From: a virus
Strand: one strand, 5' to 3'
Length of the DNA: 64,000 bases
Virus record (IMG/VR): IMGVR_UViG_3300017963_000242
Location: 1-64,000 of that record
The position numbers and the translations under genes are program-made. Of the stretch, positions 49,340-58,102 are shown piece after piece (within the stretch, counting starts at the first letter, position 1; each line of letters begins with the position of its first letter). Under the pieces are notes generated by a model. That model did no database searches and was not told the DNA's origin. It was given only the letters and a program-made list of their open reading frames with translations.

Positions 49340-49789
49340 TCATCTGCACTTGCGGAAAAGTGCTGTGATTTTTATACAATGTCTCCATAGCCAGTGAACT
49401 GGACGCGCCCAGCGATTCGGCCACTGTACGTCGTAGCCCGGTGCGTGTACATCAAAGCTAACTTGTACAGCGTCCTCTATTTCTTGCTGTGTCGTCTGAT
49501 TGATAGTTGCACGCTGCATAGTAATGGTCGGTTGAAACCATTGCCGCCCTGGCTTATAGGTTATCGTACTCGTCGGTCGATGCTCTCGCACAAGCATGTC
49601 CCATATAGTATCCCAACCTCCCGATACGTTTTCAACATCGAAGCTGTACTCGGTCTGCAATCCGGTTATATCTAGCTTGTTACTTGGAGGCTGTTCGCAC
49701 TCGTCTGCAATAAGACCGTAGCCCACTCGCTCATCATTTATGAATATCTGTGCTGTCCCCGCCTTGCTCATTCCTGCTACCATCGTCAA
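49340..49789 (-). CDS. Hypothetical protein
   Basis: GAAAGG RBS. Confidence 0.5.
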   Translation of the reverse strand: MTMVAGMSKAGTAQIFINDERVGYGLIADECEQPPSNKLDITGLQTEYSFDVENVSGGWDTIWDMLVREHRPTSTITYKPGRQWFQPTITMQRATINQTTQQEIEDAVQVSFDVHAPGYDVQWPNRWARPVHWLWRHCIKITALFRKCR

Positions 49790-49798
49790 GCCTTTCTG

Positions 49799-50149
49799 CT
49801 ATTCAATCGAAATCGACATTGAAAGCAATGGTTCCATGCTGCCCAGTCCCTTGAATGCTCGTATACGGTCAAGGCCCGGAATCGTCCACGCTTGCCTAAT
49901 GAGGACCATAAGTGCATCCTCTTGTGTGAACCCCTCACCTGATGGCATGACCACCGCTGCGTATGGGCTGTCCGTTACCCACGAGTCATGGCAGATCGCA
50001 CACCGCCACAGTGTCCTATTCACGCCTGATTCGCATTTGTACTCGATTGAGTACCCACACTCTCGCAGTAGTGCCTCAAGTTGTTCTTTTGGAGTCGGAT
50101 AAAGACTGGTTGGCATTCCCGATGCCGAAACGCTTATATCCATTGTCAA
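49799..50149 (-). CDS. Hypothetical protein
   Basis: GAAAGG RBS. Confidence 0.5.
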   Translation of the reverse strand: MTMDISVSASGMPTSLYPTPKEQLEALLRECGYSIEYKCESGVNRTLWRCAICHDSWVTDSPYAAVVMPSGEGFTQEDALMVLIRQAWTIPGLDRIRAFKGLGSMEPLLSMSISIE

Positions 50150-50155
50150 GCCTTT

Positions 50156-50809
50156 CTACTCTCCTAGCCACAAGTCGGCGCAGTTTAGCTTTCCACGTTG
50201 CTTATAATTCATAGACCAAAAATGTGGGCAGTTTGGATGGAATTTTCCAGGATTCGCCATTGCCACACGAATGGGGACGTTGCCTCGCGCAATCCAGCCT
50301 TGGCAGATAGGACACACGGCAGTTCTTGGTTCTAGCCTCGCTGTCCCCTCTTGTAGCCCGTTCATCTGAACAAAGTCCTGCTGTGCCTGAGTGCGCCCGT
50401 CGCCCTCTACCATCTGTGCGATCTGCACATCCTTCCACGCTGCCCGTTTCTCGTACCATCCCTCTAGCCGCTTTGCATACGTGTACCTGTTCGCCGTTGG
50501 TGTCTCTTGTCGGATGTGCGCGATTGCGATAGCCAGGTCATAGTTGTATGTGTTGACGATGGATTCCGCGTGCCACCGCGATTTTTCATTTAGCTTGGAT
50601 AGGATAGGCCCCTCTCGCACCCCGCCCACGCGATTGCACCCAGCCCGACGCGCCTGAATATTCAACTCATCATTGTACGCCGCACGCATATCCCGCAACA
50701 ACGACCCGCGTATGCTCTCGACATCGAATGCATCATATCGCGCCGCCAGGTGAACCAGCTTGCCCACGTCGCTCAAGTCGCCAACCGCTGCGCGCCAGTC
50801 TCTAGCCAT
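50156..50809 (-). CDS. MuF-like minor head morphogenesis protein
   Basis: CPIC...HPNC motif; near portal. Confidence 0.7.
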   Translation of the reverse strand: MARDWRAAVGDLSDVGKLVHLAARYDAFDVESIRGSLLRDMRAAYNDELNIQARRAGCNRVGGVREGPILSKLNEKSRWHAESIVNTYNYDLAIAIAHIRQETPTANRYTYAKRLEGWYEKRAAWKDVQIAQMVEGDGRTQAQQDFVQMNGLQEGTARLEPRTAVCPICQGWIARGNVPIRVAMANPGKFHPNCPHFWSMNYKQRGKLNCADLWLGE

Positions 50810-51008
50810 CGTCGTCCTCTACCATTGCTTCTATCAGTGTCGCCAATACATCCTCGGCAGGCGCTCCATCGTCAAGCGCATCCTCAATCGCTTTGCCAAA
50901 TCCAGGCCCAGCGTCCACCTCGTTCAACACGAACCAACGCGCCTTGTGCGCTTCTGTCATTGCGCCTAGTAGATAGGATATGCTGCGTCTTGCGTCCAGA
51001 GTTTTCAC
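50802..51008 (-). CDS. Small acidic protein (possible immunity/accessory)
   Basis: Coupled downstream of tagged effector gene. Confidence 0.45.
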   Translation of the reverse strand: MKTLDARRSISYLLGAMTEAHKARWFVLNEVDAGPGFGKAIEDALDDGAPAEDVLATLIEAMVEDDDG

Positions 51009-51493
51009 GCTGTCACCTCCAAGCTGCCCGACTTTGGCGTCATCCTTGCACCGAGCACGGTCTGAGCAAACGAGTCAGACCCGACCAGATAACCGCGCAA
51101 CTGCCCGCCGACCTTGAGCGGCATGTGCCATTGCTGGCTGCGCTCGACCGGCAAGACTGGATTTTGTCTCAGCGTCTTGATTGCGCTCCGCACAGCCTTG
51201 TACCCTGTGCGCTGGCCTGCTCGCTCCCAAACGTGACCTGGAATCTTACCAAGCGTCTTGCCGTGTGTTCCTTTCGGAGGGCCATGCCAGCCCTTACCTG
51301 GGCCTTTCGCTTGAACCGTCAGTTCATCTTGAGCAACCGTCTCTTGCCACTCGCTATCAGGAATGGCTTTCAGTCGCACCATTGCGTCACCGAACGAACG
51401 CAGCCCCATCTCCGCTACGTTTTTCTTGATGACCCTTCCCAATCGCTCGCGCTGCTTTTTATCCTGCTCAGTCCGCTGCTTACGTGTCGGCAT
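51005..51493 (-). CDS. Tagged head-module protein with RNase-toxin-like C-terminus
   Basis: KGPGKGWHGPPKGTHG then HVWERAGQR...QTVL. Confidence 0.55.
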   Translation of the reverse strand: MPTRKQRTEQDKKQRERLGRVIKKNVAEMGLRSFGDAMVRLKAIPDSEWQETVAQDELTVQAKGPGKGWHGPPKGTHGKTLGKIPGHVWERAGQRTGYKAVRSAIKTLRQNPVLPVERSQQWHMPLKVGGQLRGYLVGSDSFAQTVLGARMTPKSGSLEVTA

Positions 51494-51701
51494 TCTGGCT
51501 GCCTTCAGCTAGCTCAAATTGAATATCGCGATCTCCTTGAAACGAATCGCGATGATCGTTGTCGCCTTTCCATATTTCTATCGGAATACCCTCTGGAAAA
51601 GCTGCGCATTTTCTTTCCGAACCATCGGTCAAATGCTTACACGTTGAGCACGTCGGACTGTAGATAGGCGTTTCAAATTCCTTGTCAATAGTAAAGGTCA
51701 T
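51480..51701 (-). CDS. Small Cys/His protein of the type found after phage head toxins
   Basis: CSTCKH..CAAFPEGIP..H..GD.IQFE. Confidence 0.6.
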   Translation of the reverse strand: MTFTIDKEFETPIYSPTCSTCKHLTDGSERKCAAFPEGIPIEIWKGDNDHRDSFQGDRDIQFELAEGSQNADT

Positions 51702-53995
51702 TCAATCACCTCATACGTTAATCCTAGCCCCGGATGATTTTTTGTAAGACGCTCCCATACTTCATGATTATGCAGCATATTAGCCGCCGACGTTGTCGTC
51801 TTTTTATCAAAGATTCTCGCCATAAAGTGCCCTCGAACCTGATCGTCAACAATATCTACCTTGGGCTTTATGTCTTTCCAGGTAGGTGTTTTCTCAGACC
51901 TAGACATAATATATGTTTTTCCTGTGCTTCCAGCCGCACGAATCGACATTAGTTTTCCATCGGTCAATAGCCTAATATCCGACTCTGAAAAAGAACGCCC
52001 GGTTGGATGGTTATGAGTTAGCACCTTTCCAGACATCTGCGCCACTTCTTTGTCTGTAAACGAAACGGACGAAGCTCCGCCACTTTTTGCAAGCAACTCT
52101 TTTCCTGTTTCTGGATCAAACAGTCCAGCGTGCTCAGTTGGTGAACTTCGGATATATCCCTCTGCGCGCTGAATAGCTTCTTCTGCTATTGGCGACAGCC
52201 CGCCGCTGCCCCCTTTCCCTGCCCCATGTGTCCCTCCCTTGCTTGGCCCCCACCATCCCCGACCCGGCCCCTTGCCGGACTGCGCGACGATGTAACCCAC
52301 GCCCTCGACGGTTGGGTCATAGGTTTTTCGACAGTCCGGGTTAGCGCATCGCAGCAGTGGGCCGTGACCTTCATATCTCTCAGCTTTGACAAACCCGCAC
52401 AACGGACACGTGCTGTCCACGATAACCGGCTTGTGCGAACCGATGAACAGAGACGCGATATAATCCTCGTTGGCCCTTGCCCGCTCTGTTTCTTCGTCCG
52501 GCTCTTCCGACGGTGGCTCTACAATCTCCGGCTCTGTCGGCTGCTCCGGCTCATCCGCCCCCGGCTGTTCAACCGGCGCTTCTGGCATGGCAGGTGCTTC
52601 CGGTTCATCGTCCTCCATATCCTCTGGAATGTCCGGCGGGAAACCGACAACCGCGCGCTGCTCTTTTTTAGTGAACGGCGTTGCGCCTTCTGCATCGGCA
52701 AACTGTTTCATTGCCGTCGCCTTGCGCATCGAAATCGTCGCAGCCTGCTCTTCGTCCGGTGGTATCAGCGGCGGCCAGTGTCGGTTGCCTTCATCGTCGG
52801 CCTTGCCAATCTTATAGCCGTCTGCTGGCTCTGGCAGAACGCCGTACCAGATAAGCCGGTCGCTGAACGGTCTTAGAATGCGCGGCTCTACATAGGTGTT
52901 TTGTCGCCGAGCAATCACGCCCGACCATCGCCGTGTATCCTCTTGGCTGGACGCTAGTTCGCCCGCCGCAGAACCAAACAGTACGTGCATCGGAATTCTC
53001 GTGATAGCAGCGATGTGTTTCATAAACGCATTGAACAACCCAGTCGGGTCCCACACGTCCGATCCGCCCAACTCAGCTACGTCCATCCCCGGCGCAAACA
53101 GGAATCGCGCCAGGTCGTGAACGTATGCCTCTAACTGGTCTTTGAACCCGTCTACCACCTTCGCATCACCCAGGTCAAAGTCCCATCCCTCACGAGGCGA
53201 TAGCACCGCGCCCTTGCGCTGATTCAACCAAGCTGATTCTGCCGACCCGCCAAGCGTCTTGTAGAGCATATCTATCAACGTGTCGTATGGCCGCTTGAGC
53301 CAGGGCCGACCGTAGACTTCGCTATCCGTGCGAAACTCGGCTATGTGTAACATCCGGGTATAGTGGACGCGCTCGCGGCTATCTTCGCCTACCTGGACAT
53401 CGTAGTTCAGCGGATAACCACATCGCTTGGAGGATGGGTCATCGTCTACATCGCCTATCTTTGCCTGTCCTTCGTTCAGCGGTCGCAACCACAAAAGCCC
53501 TTCCGGTCCCTTGACGCTGCCCTTCTCAACCGGCTTAGACAAGTCGGCGTTACCCGCTAGGCCAAACATCAGCGCGCCATAGTTGCCTATCCCTGATGCT
53601 GCATCGGCTCGCCGCAGTACGTCCCAAATGTAATGACGCTCGACTAGCTCGTTCCACGCACTGACGAACTCGGTATCCTCTTCGTCGTTCTCTGTGACTG
53701 CTGGTGGCTGGCCCCATGAGTCATCAGCGCGAACATCGATGATCTGACCGGCCAAGCCGCCCCTCTCGTATAGCCATAGATAGGAGCCGAAATCCAGTTC
53801 CTCGCTGTAGCCCAAGACGGTTGAGAACCTGCGCGCTCCCTCGTGCGTGCTTGCCCCGCCCATCACCCTGGACCGCCTGGACGGGTCAAATGCCGATGCT
53901 TGCGGCATCAGTCGTTGGCGGTTGGCGGATAGCTGTACCATCCGCAAGAACCGCATCGCACCCGCCGCTTGTTCGTCTGTGAATCTCTCGCTCAT
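51698..53995 (-). CDS. Portal protein (DUF1073-type) with C-terminal Zn ribbon, tag and JAB/MPN-like domain
   Basis: VHYTR, YGRPWL, IPMHVLFG..GEL; extension CPLCG/CANPDC, GPGRGWWGP..GTHG, EH..THNHP..SFSESD. Confidence 0.85.
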   Translation of the reverse strand: MSERFTDEQAAGAMRFLRMVQLSANRQRLMPQASAFDPSRRSRVMGGASTHEGARRFSTVLGYSEELDFGSYLWLYERGGLAGQIIDVRADDSWGQPPAVTENDEEDTEFVSAWNELVERHYIWDVLRRADAASGIGNYGALMFGLAGNADLSKPVEKGSVKGPEGLLWLRPLNEGQAKIGDVDDDPSSKRCGYPLNYDVQVGEDSRERVHYTRMLHIAEFRTDSEVYGRPWLKRPYDTLIDMLYKTLGGSAESAWLNQRKGAVLSPREGWDFDLGDAKVVDGFKDQLEAYVHDLARFLFAPGMDVAELGGSDVWDPTGLFNAFMKHIAAITRIPMHVLFGSAAGELASSQEDTRRWSGVIARRQNTYVEPRILRPFSDRLIWYGVLPEPADGYKIGKADDEGNRHWPPLIPPDEEQAATISMRKATAMKQFADAEGATPFTKKEQRAVVGFPPDIPEDMEDDEPEAPAMPEAPVEQPGADEPEQPTEPEIVEPPSEEPDEETERARANEDYIASLFIGSHKPVIVDSTCPLCGFVKAERYEGHGPLLRCANPDCRKTYDPTVEGVGYIVAQSGKGPGRGWWGPSKGGTHGAGKGGSGGLSPIAEEAIQRAEGYIRSSPTEHAGLFDPETGKELLAKSGGASSVSFTDKEVAQMSGKVLTHNHPTGRSFSESDIRLLTDGKLMSIRAAGSTGKTYIMSRSEKTPTWKDIKPKVDIVDDQVRGHFMARIFDKKTTTSAANMLHNHEVWERLTKNHPGLGLTYEVIE

Positions 53996-54013
53996 ATTAT
54001 ATCCCTAGTGCGC

Positions 54014-54250
54014 TCATTCGACGCGCTCATTTATCGTCTTTATTCTAATGTCTATAGGTGCTGCGACCAATGCGATCAATCGGCATAATGCATTGGCAAT
54101 CCATGCTTTCCAGACAGCCATTTCTTGTTGCTGGAAAATAATTTCTATGGGCCATATTTTTGTAAAAGCCTCTACCTGCTTGGCTTGCATATCGGCCAAT
54201 TCCTGCAACACTTGAACAGTCTCTAGTATGGATAATATCTGTCCGCTCAT
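54014..54250 (-). CDS. Hypothetical protein
   Basis: AGGAG RBS, start MSGQILS. Confidence 0.45.
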   Translation of the reverse strand: MSGQILSILETVQVLQELADMQAKQVEAFTKIWPIEIIFQQQEMAVWKAWIANALCRLIALVAAPIDIRIKTINERVE

Positions 54251-54276
54251 ATTATCTCCTGTCTCTCTGAAGTGAC

Positions 54277-54516
54277 TCAATCCCCAACCCGCTCCCACTT
54301 CCACCCCAGCAGCGCCCAGTGCCACAACCTATGCCACCAGTTTGGTCTATCTGCCAGCGACAAAATCTTAATCGCGCAATGTTCCGGTCTATCCCGGTCT
54401 ACGCCAATTATTAGCCGCGAACGTGGCCCTTGTGCATATGTCTCATCCAAGTATAAGCCCGTCGATGAAAATACACCCACCTCTGTATCGGTGCTGTCTA
54501 TCTGAAAGTCATTCAT
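54277..54516 (-). CDS. Hypothetical protein
   Basis: C-terminal PNWWHR...LLGWKW motif. Confidence 0.5.
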   Translation of the reverse strand: MNDFQIDSTDTEVGVFSSTGLYLDETYAQGPRSRLIIGVDRDRPEHCAIKILSLADRPNWWHRLWHWALLGWKWERVGD

Positions 54517-54646
54517 ACCGCACCCTTCTCCACACTAGTCGGTCTACGCAATAGCCCCCGCCCATGCCAGTTCCGGTTCAATCGGACTAGGCAATTTCCA
54601 CGGACACGGATAGTTCAGTATTCCAAGTGGACCTCTTCCGACTAGC

Positions 54647-54904
54647 TCAATCCGCGTCCCATTCTACTCTCTCGAATATCTGACTCGGAACAACTCCGCG
54701 AACGAGGTCGATGCCGCCTTCGACTTTGCCGTCCAGGTGTTCTACCCTCGGCTGTCGCTTGTGTGCGGAGCAACGATAATGTACTGCGTCGCTTACCCAC
54801 GCCGTCCCGCCGCTCTCTGTCTCGACTTCTCTCAAGTCTCTTGTGAATTGCAAGGCGGGCTTTTCGCATATTTCACAGACGTGCTCGGTTTTCAAGATTT
54901 GCAT
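54647..54904 (-). CDS. Small Zn-binding hypothetical protein
   Basis: CEIC...CSAH. Confidence 0.45.
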   Translation of the reverse strand: MQILKTEHVCEICEKPALQFTRDLREVETESGGTAWVSDAVHYRCSAHKRQPRVEHLDGKVEGGIDLVRGVVPSQIFERVEWDAD

Positions 54905-55011
54905 TCGTTTGTCCTGTCTGGTACGGCATCTAATATTGTTTCGCTTTCGCGTCAGTCACACCAACCCCTTTCTTCATAATAAAGCTCCACCAGATTGCTG
55001 TTCCCGCCGCG

Positions 55012-55218
55012 TCACTTTTTACGGCGTCGCCGCCTATCCCGATCTGTCAGTCGCCCAACACAACCGCGCCCGCCCCGCGTTCTGTGACCAACAATGCGCT
55101 CCTCTTCCCGCCAGCCACGGCTACCGTCTGCGCGCTTGATCCAGGCATGCTTGTATGGATTGTAAACGATATCCATCCAGTCAGTCACACCAACCTCTTT
55201 CCCGGCACTCTCGCTCAA
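55012..55218 (-). CDS. Small basic hypothetical protein
   Basis: Same-strand ORF filling gap. Confidence 0.3.
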   Translation of the reverse strand: MSESAGKEVGVTDWMDIVYNPYKHAWIKRADGSRGWREEERIVGHRTRGGRGCVGRLTDRDRRRRRKK

Positions 55219-55606
55219 GCGCCGACCAGTTTGTCACACTCACATACGGAATCGGTTGTGTCCACGTGGCCCAATATTCCGGCACGTCTACAGCAATCGG
55301 CTGCCCACCTCGAAACGTCCGGCTTGTCAAATCGCCAGCATCTAACGCCCTGGCCTGAAACGAAGGCCAGCCTACCGGAGAGACTGTCACCCAGTCGCCA
55401 CACACAACCAGCCCGCTCTCAAACGCCTCTTTCGGAAACGCTACCCAAGGGCCAATTGAGCGGTCATAGACAAGCCCGCTGCCCTGGTCGCAGTACAGCG
55501 GATTGCCAATGTGTTCCGCCTCTGTATACTGCGTCGCTACACCTGTGTATGTGTATGCGTGTGCTGCTATGAGCGATAGCATTAGGATGTGCATTAGACG
55601 ACCCAT
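55181..55606 (-). CDS. Secreted RlpA-like double-psi beta-barrel protein
   Basis: Signal peptide; GVATQY, WVA, CGDWV, ALDAG, AVDV. Confidence 0.55.
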   Translation of the reverse strand: MGRLMHILMLSLIAAHAYTYTGVATQYTEAEHIGNPLYCDQGSGLVYDRSIGPWVAFPKEAFESGLVVCGDWVTVSPVGWPSFQARALDAGDLTSRTFRGGQPIAVDVPEYWATWTQPIPYVSVTNWSALERECRERGWCD

Positions 55607-56934
55607 CCTGGTTGCGCCTTGCGCCTCGCCTTACGTGAGAGACGGTCAACGTAGGCGCAGATATAGCGAGTGTAGTCTACAGAATGATCATTTTCTTTCA
55701 CTGGAACGTCCTTCGCTTTCTTGTCTGCCCACACATAGCCCGGAATCTCTTCTTCCAGACACGTCGGCGCGTGCGATTCCGACAAAGTGTCGTCCTTGTA
55801 TCTCAGGCAGTCTCGAACAATGAATAGCCGGTCCTCTGCAAATCGCTGCTGAACATTCGTAATGCCCGGTAGTACATCCGTAAAAGCCGCTACCGCAGGC
55901 AACCCAGCGCGCCTAAACTTGGCTATGTACGCCGGTTGTTCTGCGCCACATTGCAACGTCTCGAACTTGAATTCTTTGTACAATTCCTTAGCTCGCTCAA
56001 GCCACCAGTCATCCGTCTCACCTGTACGATAGAGTTGAGCGACTAGGTACATTCGCCCTTCCCAATCGACGGCAAAGACACCCATCGCGCCCGGATTTCG
56101 ATAGCCCCAGTCAATCCCAGCCACATAGCGGTGAATGGCCTGCGGAACATCCACCTGATAAATGAGATGGCGCGACTCGGTATACTGCTCATAGACAACG
56201 CCTTCGGACTGTACCCACCGACCGAAACGTAGACGCTCTTTACGCGCACCCGTCAAACTGTCCAGCTTGGCAATATAGTCTAGCCCGAACTCTGTCCAGC
56301 CGTTCTCATTGTCATATAATAGTGGATTCTCTTCGTGCCGACTATTGAGCAAGGTCATCGCCGGGCCGCTCGACCGTCGCTTGATCCAGTGCTGTGGTGG
56401 CCCTGGGTTACAGTCGCCCAACAGTTGACGATAAGGCATTGCCGTGCCACGCAGTCGAGTAATCAATATCTCGACATCGCCCTCGCTAAACTCTTCAGTT
56501 TGTAGGCACAGCACTAAATCAAATTCGCTCGATAGAATTCGACCGGGCTTATCAATCCCGCCTGTATTGATCTGGCTTCCGTTATCGTAAAGGTAGACTT
56601 GGCGATTTGGCCTCTTGGGACCATTGAGCACCATCGGGTGGTCTAGGCCGAGCACGAACTTTTCAAATGTTTGTAGGCCCGTCTCGCTCAGGCTTGTGCG
56701 CGTCTTGCGTACAATGAGCGCACGAGTACCAGGATATGTTAAGCAGCAGTAGTTTAGCTTCTCAAGGCCAGCGCGTGTTTTGCCTGTCCCGGCAGGTCCA
56801 GAGATGAGAATGGCCGCCGCCGCGCTTGCCAGTAGTTCAACTTGCGTCCCGCGAGGCGCGTACTTGTTCCTCGGATTGATCCCCTTCGGGATGTCTTTCT
56901 CTAATCTCTGCCAATACTCGGTGATAGAATGCAT
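55594..56934 (-). CDS. terL: Terminase large subunit (PBSX-like)
   Basis: GPAGTGKT, DCNP, GIDWG, NDHSVDYTRY. Confidence 0.92.
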   Translation of the reverse strand: MHSITEYWQRLEKDIPKGINPRNKYAPRGTQVELLASAAAAILISGPAGTGKTRAGLEKLNYCCLTYPGTRALIVRKTRTSLSETGLQTFEKFVLGLDHPMVLNGPKRPNRQVYLYDNGSQINTGGIDKPGRILSSEFDLVLCLQTEEFSEGDVEILITRLRGTAMPYRQLLGDCNPGPPQHWIKRRSSGPAMTLLNSRHEENPLLYDNENGWTEFGLDYIAKLDSLTGARKERLRFGRWVQSEGVVYEQYTESRHLIYQVDVPQAIHRYVAGIDWGYRNPGAMGVFAVDWEGRMYLVAQLYRTGETDDWWLERAKELYKEFKFETLQCGAEQPAYIAKFRRAGLPAVAAFTDVLPGITNVQQRFAEDRLFIVRDCLRYKDDTLSESHAPTCLEEEIPGYVWADKKAKDVPVKENDHSVDYTRYICAYVDRLSRKARRKAQPGWVV

Positions 56935-57481
56935 CCATCGCCGCCTTTGCTTCTTCTGGATTCAAGCCGACCTGCTTGACCTCGATTTCGCCATCCTTGC
57001 CCGTGCCGCTATGCTGAACCTTCGTCGTAGCATACACGCCGAAAATCTTGCACCGCTGCTCAATACACCATTGAATGCCAGTCAAGAATCGCGGGTCGCC
57101 TGCTTGCCCTTTGCGCGTGCGCTCCACTGTGCTTGTATGAACCTGGCCCGGAGTATCGCCCGGCTGCCCTCGCTGTCTGACTGTCTCTGTGTCCTCACAA
57201 CTTCGCAACCACGCATTCCAGTATGTGACCTCTAAGTGATTGATTCGAGCAAGCTCTTGCGCCTTTGCGTCGTCAATGTCGGCTAGTCCAGATTCGCGCC
57301 AACTCTTGACCAACACGCCGATGTCATAGCTAACCATCTGCTGTGTGAGCGTATAGTCGCGGCTATCGTCCTCGTTAATCTTCTCGGCAATCTCGGCCTG
57401 CTTCCAGCCTTGCAGATACCAGTCTGCAATCTGGCGTCTATCTCGCTCTATTTGAATCTGTGTTCGTTTATTCGCTGCCAT
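56837..57481 (-). CDS. terS: Terminase small subunit
   Basis: N-terminal HTH (QAEIA..QQMVSYDI), GDPRFL, HSGTGKDGEI; directly upstream of terL. Confidence 0.75.
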   Translation of the reverse strand: MAANKRTQIQIERDRRQIADWYLQGWKQAEIAEKINEDDSRDYTLTQQMVSYDIGVLVKSWRESGLADIDDAKAQELARINHLEVTYWNAWLRSCEDTETVRQRGQPGDTPGQVHTSTVERTRKGQAGDPRFLTGIQWCIEQRCKIFGVYATTKVQHSGTGKDGEIEVKQVGLNPEEAKAAMDAFYHRVLAEIRERHPEGDQSEEQVRASRDAS

Positions 57482-57573
57482 ACTACAATACAAACCTCAT
57501 ATACAAACCTAGCAGTCAGTGCTTGCTATCGCGGCCCTACCCCTCCGTCAGTTTTGGCATGGCGCTCATTGCG

Positions 57574-58053
57574 TTATTGGCTCTCAATATACTTTTTAGC
57601 TGGGAGCAATAGCGGGCCACCCCCGATCAAAATGATAGCTTCGCTCACCGTCACGGTCAGCAATGACAACCAGAACAGATCGATCTCAAGCGCCCATAGC
57701 ATCACCGCAACCGCCGCCCCTGTCGTCGCCGCATATACGAACAGTGGAACGGCGATCCACTTTCTTTGCAAGGCTCGGTAGATGGTCCAGGCGAGCAGTC
57801 CACCAGCCATATCAGTCAGCGGCATCCATACCAGTTCCCACGGTCCGACAAAGGGGCTGGTCAAGTTTGCGATCAACGTCCCGATGCCAATACCCAAGCA
57901 CAAGAACGGATCAAACAACACGAATACCTTGAGCGCCTCGCTCGCTCTGAACTGGATCGGCCCAAACGAGAGCGGCGAGATGCCCACGGTGAGCACCACA
58001 TACAACGCCGCCACGATTGCAATCAAAACCACTCTTTTCGTCGTCAGTTTCAT
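57574..58053 (-). CDS. queT: QueT-family queuosine-precursor transporter (ECF S-component)
   Basis: AIVAALYVVLT..PLSFGPIQFRASEAL...GTLIANL; multiple TMs; riboswitch upstream. Confidence 0.88.
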   Translation of the reverse strand: MKLTTKRVVLIAIVAALYVVLTVGISPLSFGPIQFRASEALKVFVLFDPFLCLGIGIGTLIANLTSPFVGPWELVWMPLTDMAGGLLAWTIYRALQRKWIAVPLFVYAATTGAAVAVMLWALEIDLFWLSLLTVTVSEAIILIGGGPLLLPAKKYIESQ

Positions 58054-58058
58054 CATAA

Positions 58059-58094
58059 CTCCTGTCTTTGTTGCGCGGGTGACTGCGACCGCGC
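58059..58094 (-). ncRNA. preQ1 class I riboswitch
   Basis: GCGCGG-TCGCAGTCAC-CCGCGC-AACAAAGACAGGAG; A-rich tail runs into the queT Shine-Dalgarno. Confidence 0.85.
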
Positions 58095-58102
58095 CGATTT
58101 TG

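Noticed and set aside
51698-53995. Anti-CBASS Acb1 (label often attached to DUF1073 proteins)
   Set aside because: Position and motifs indicate a portal; no HxT/HxT phosphodiesterase domain seen
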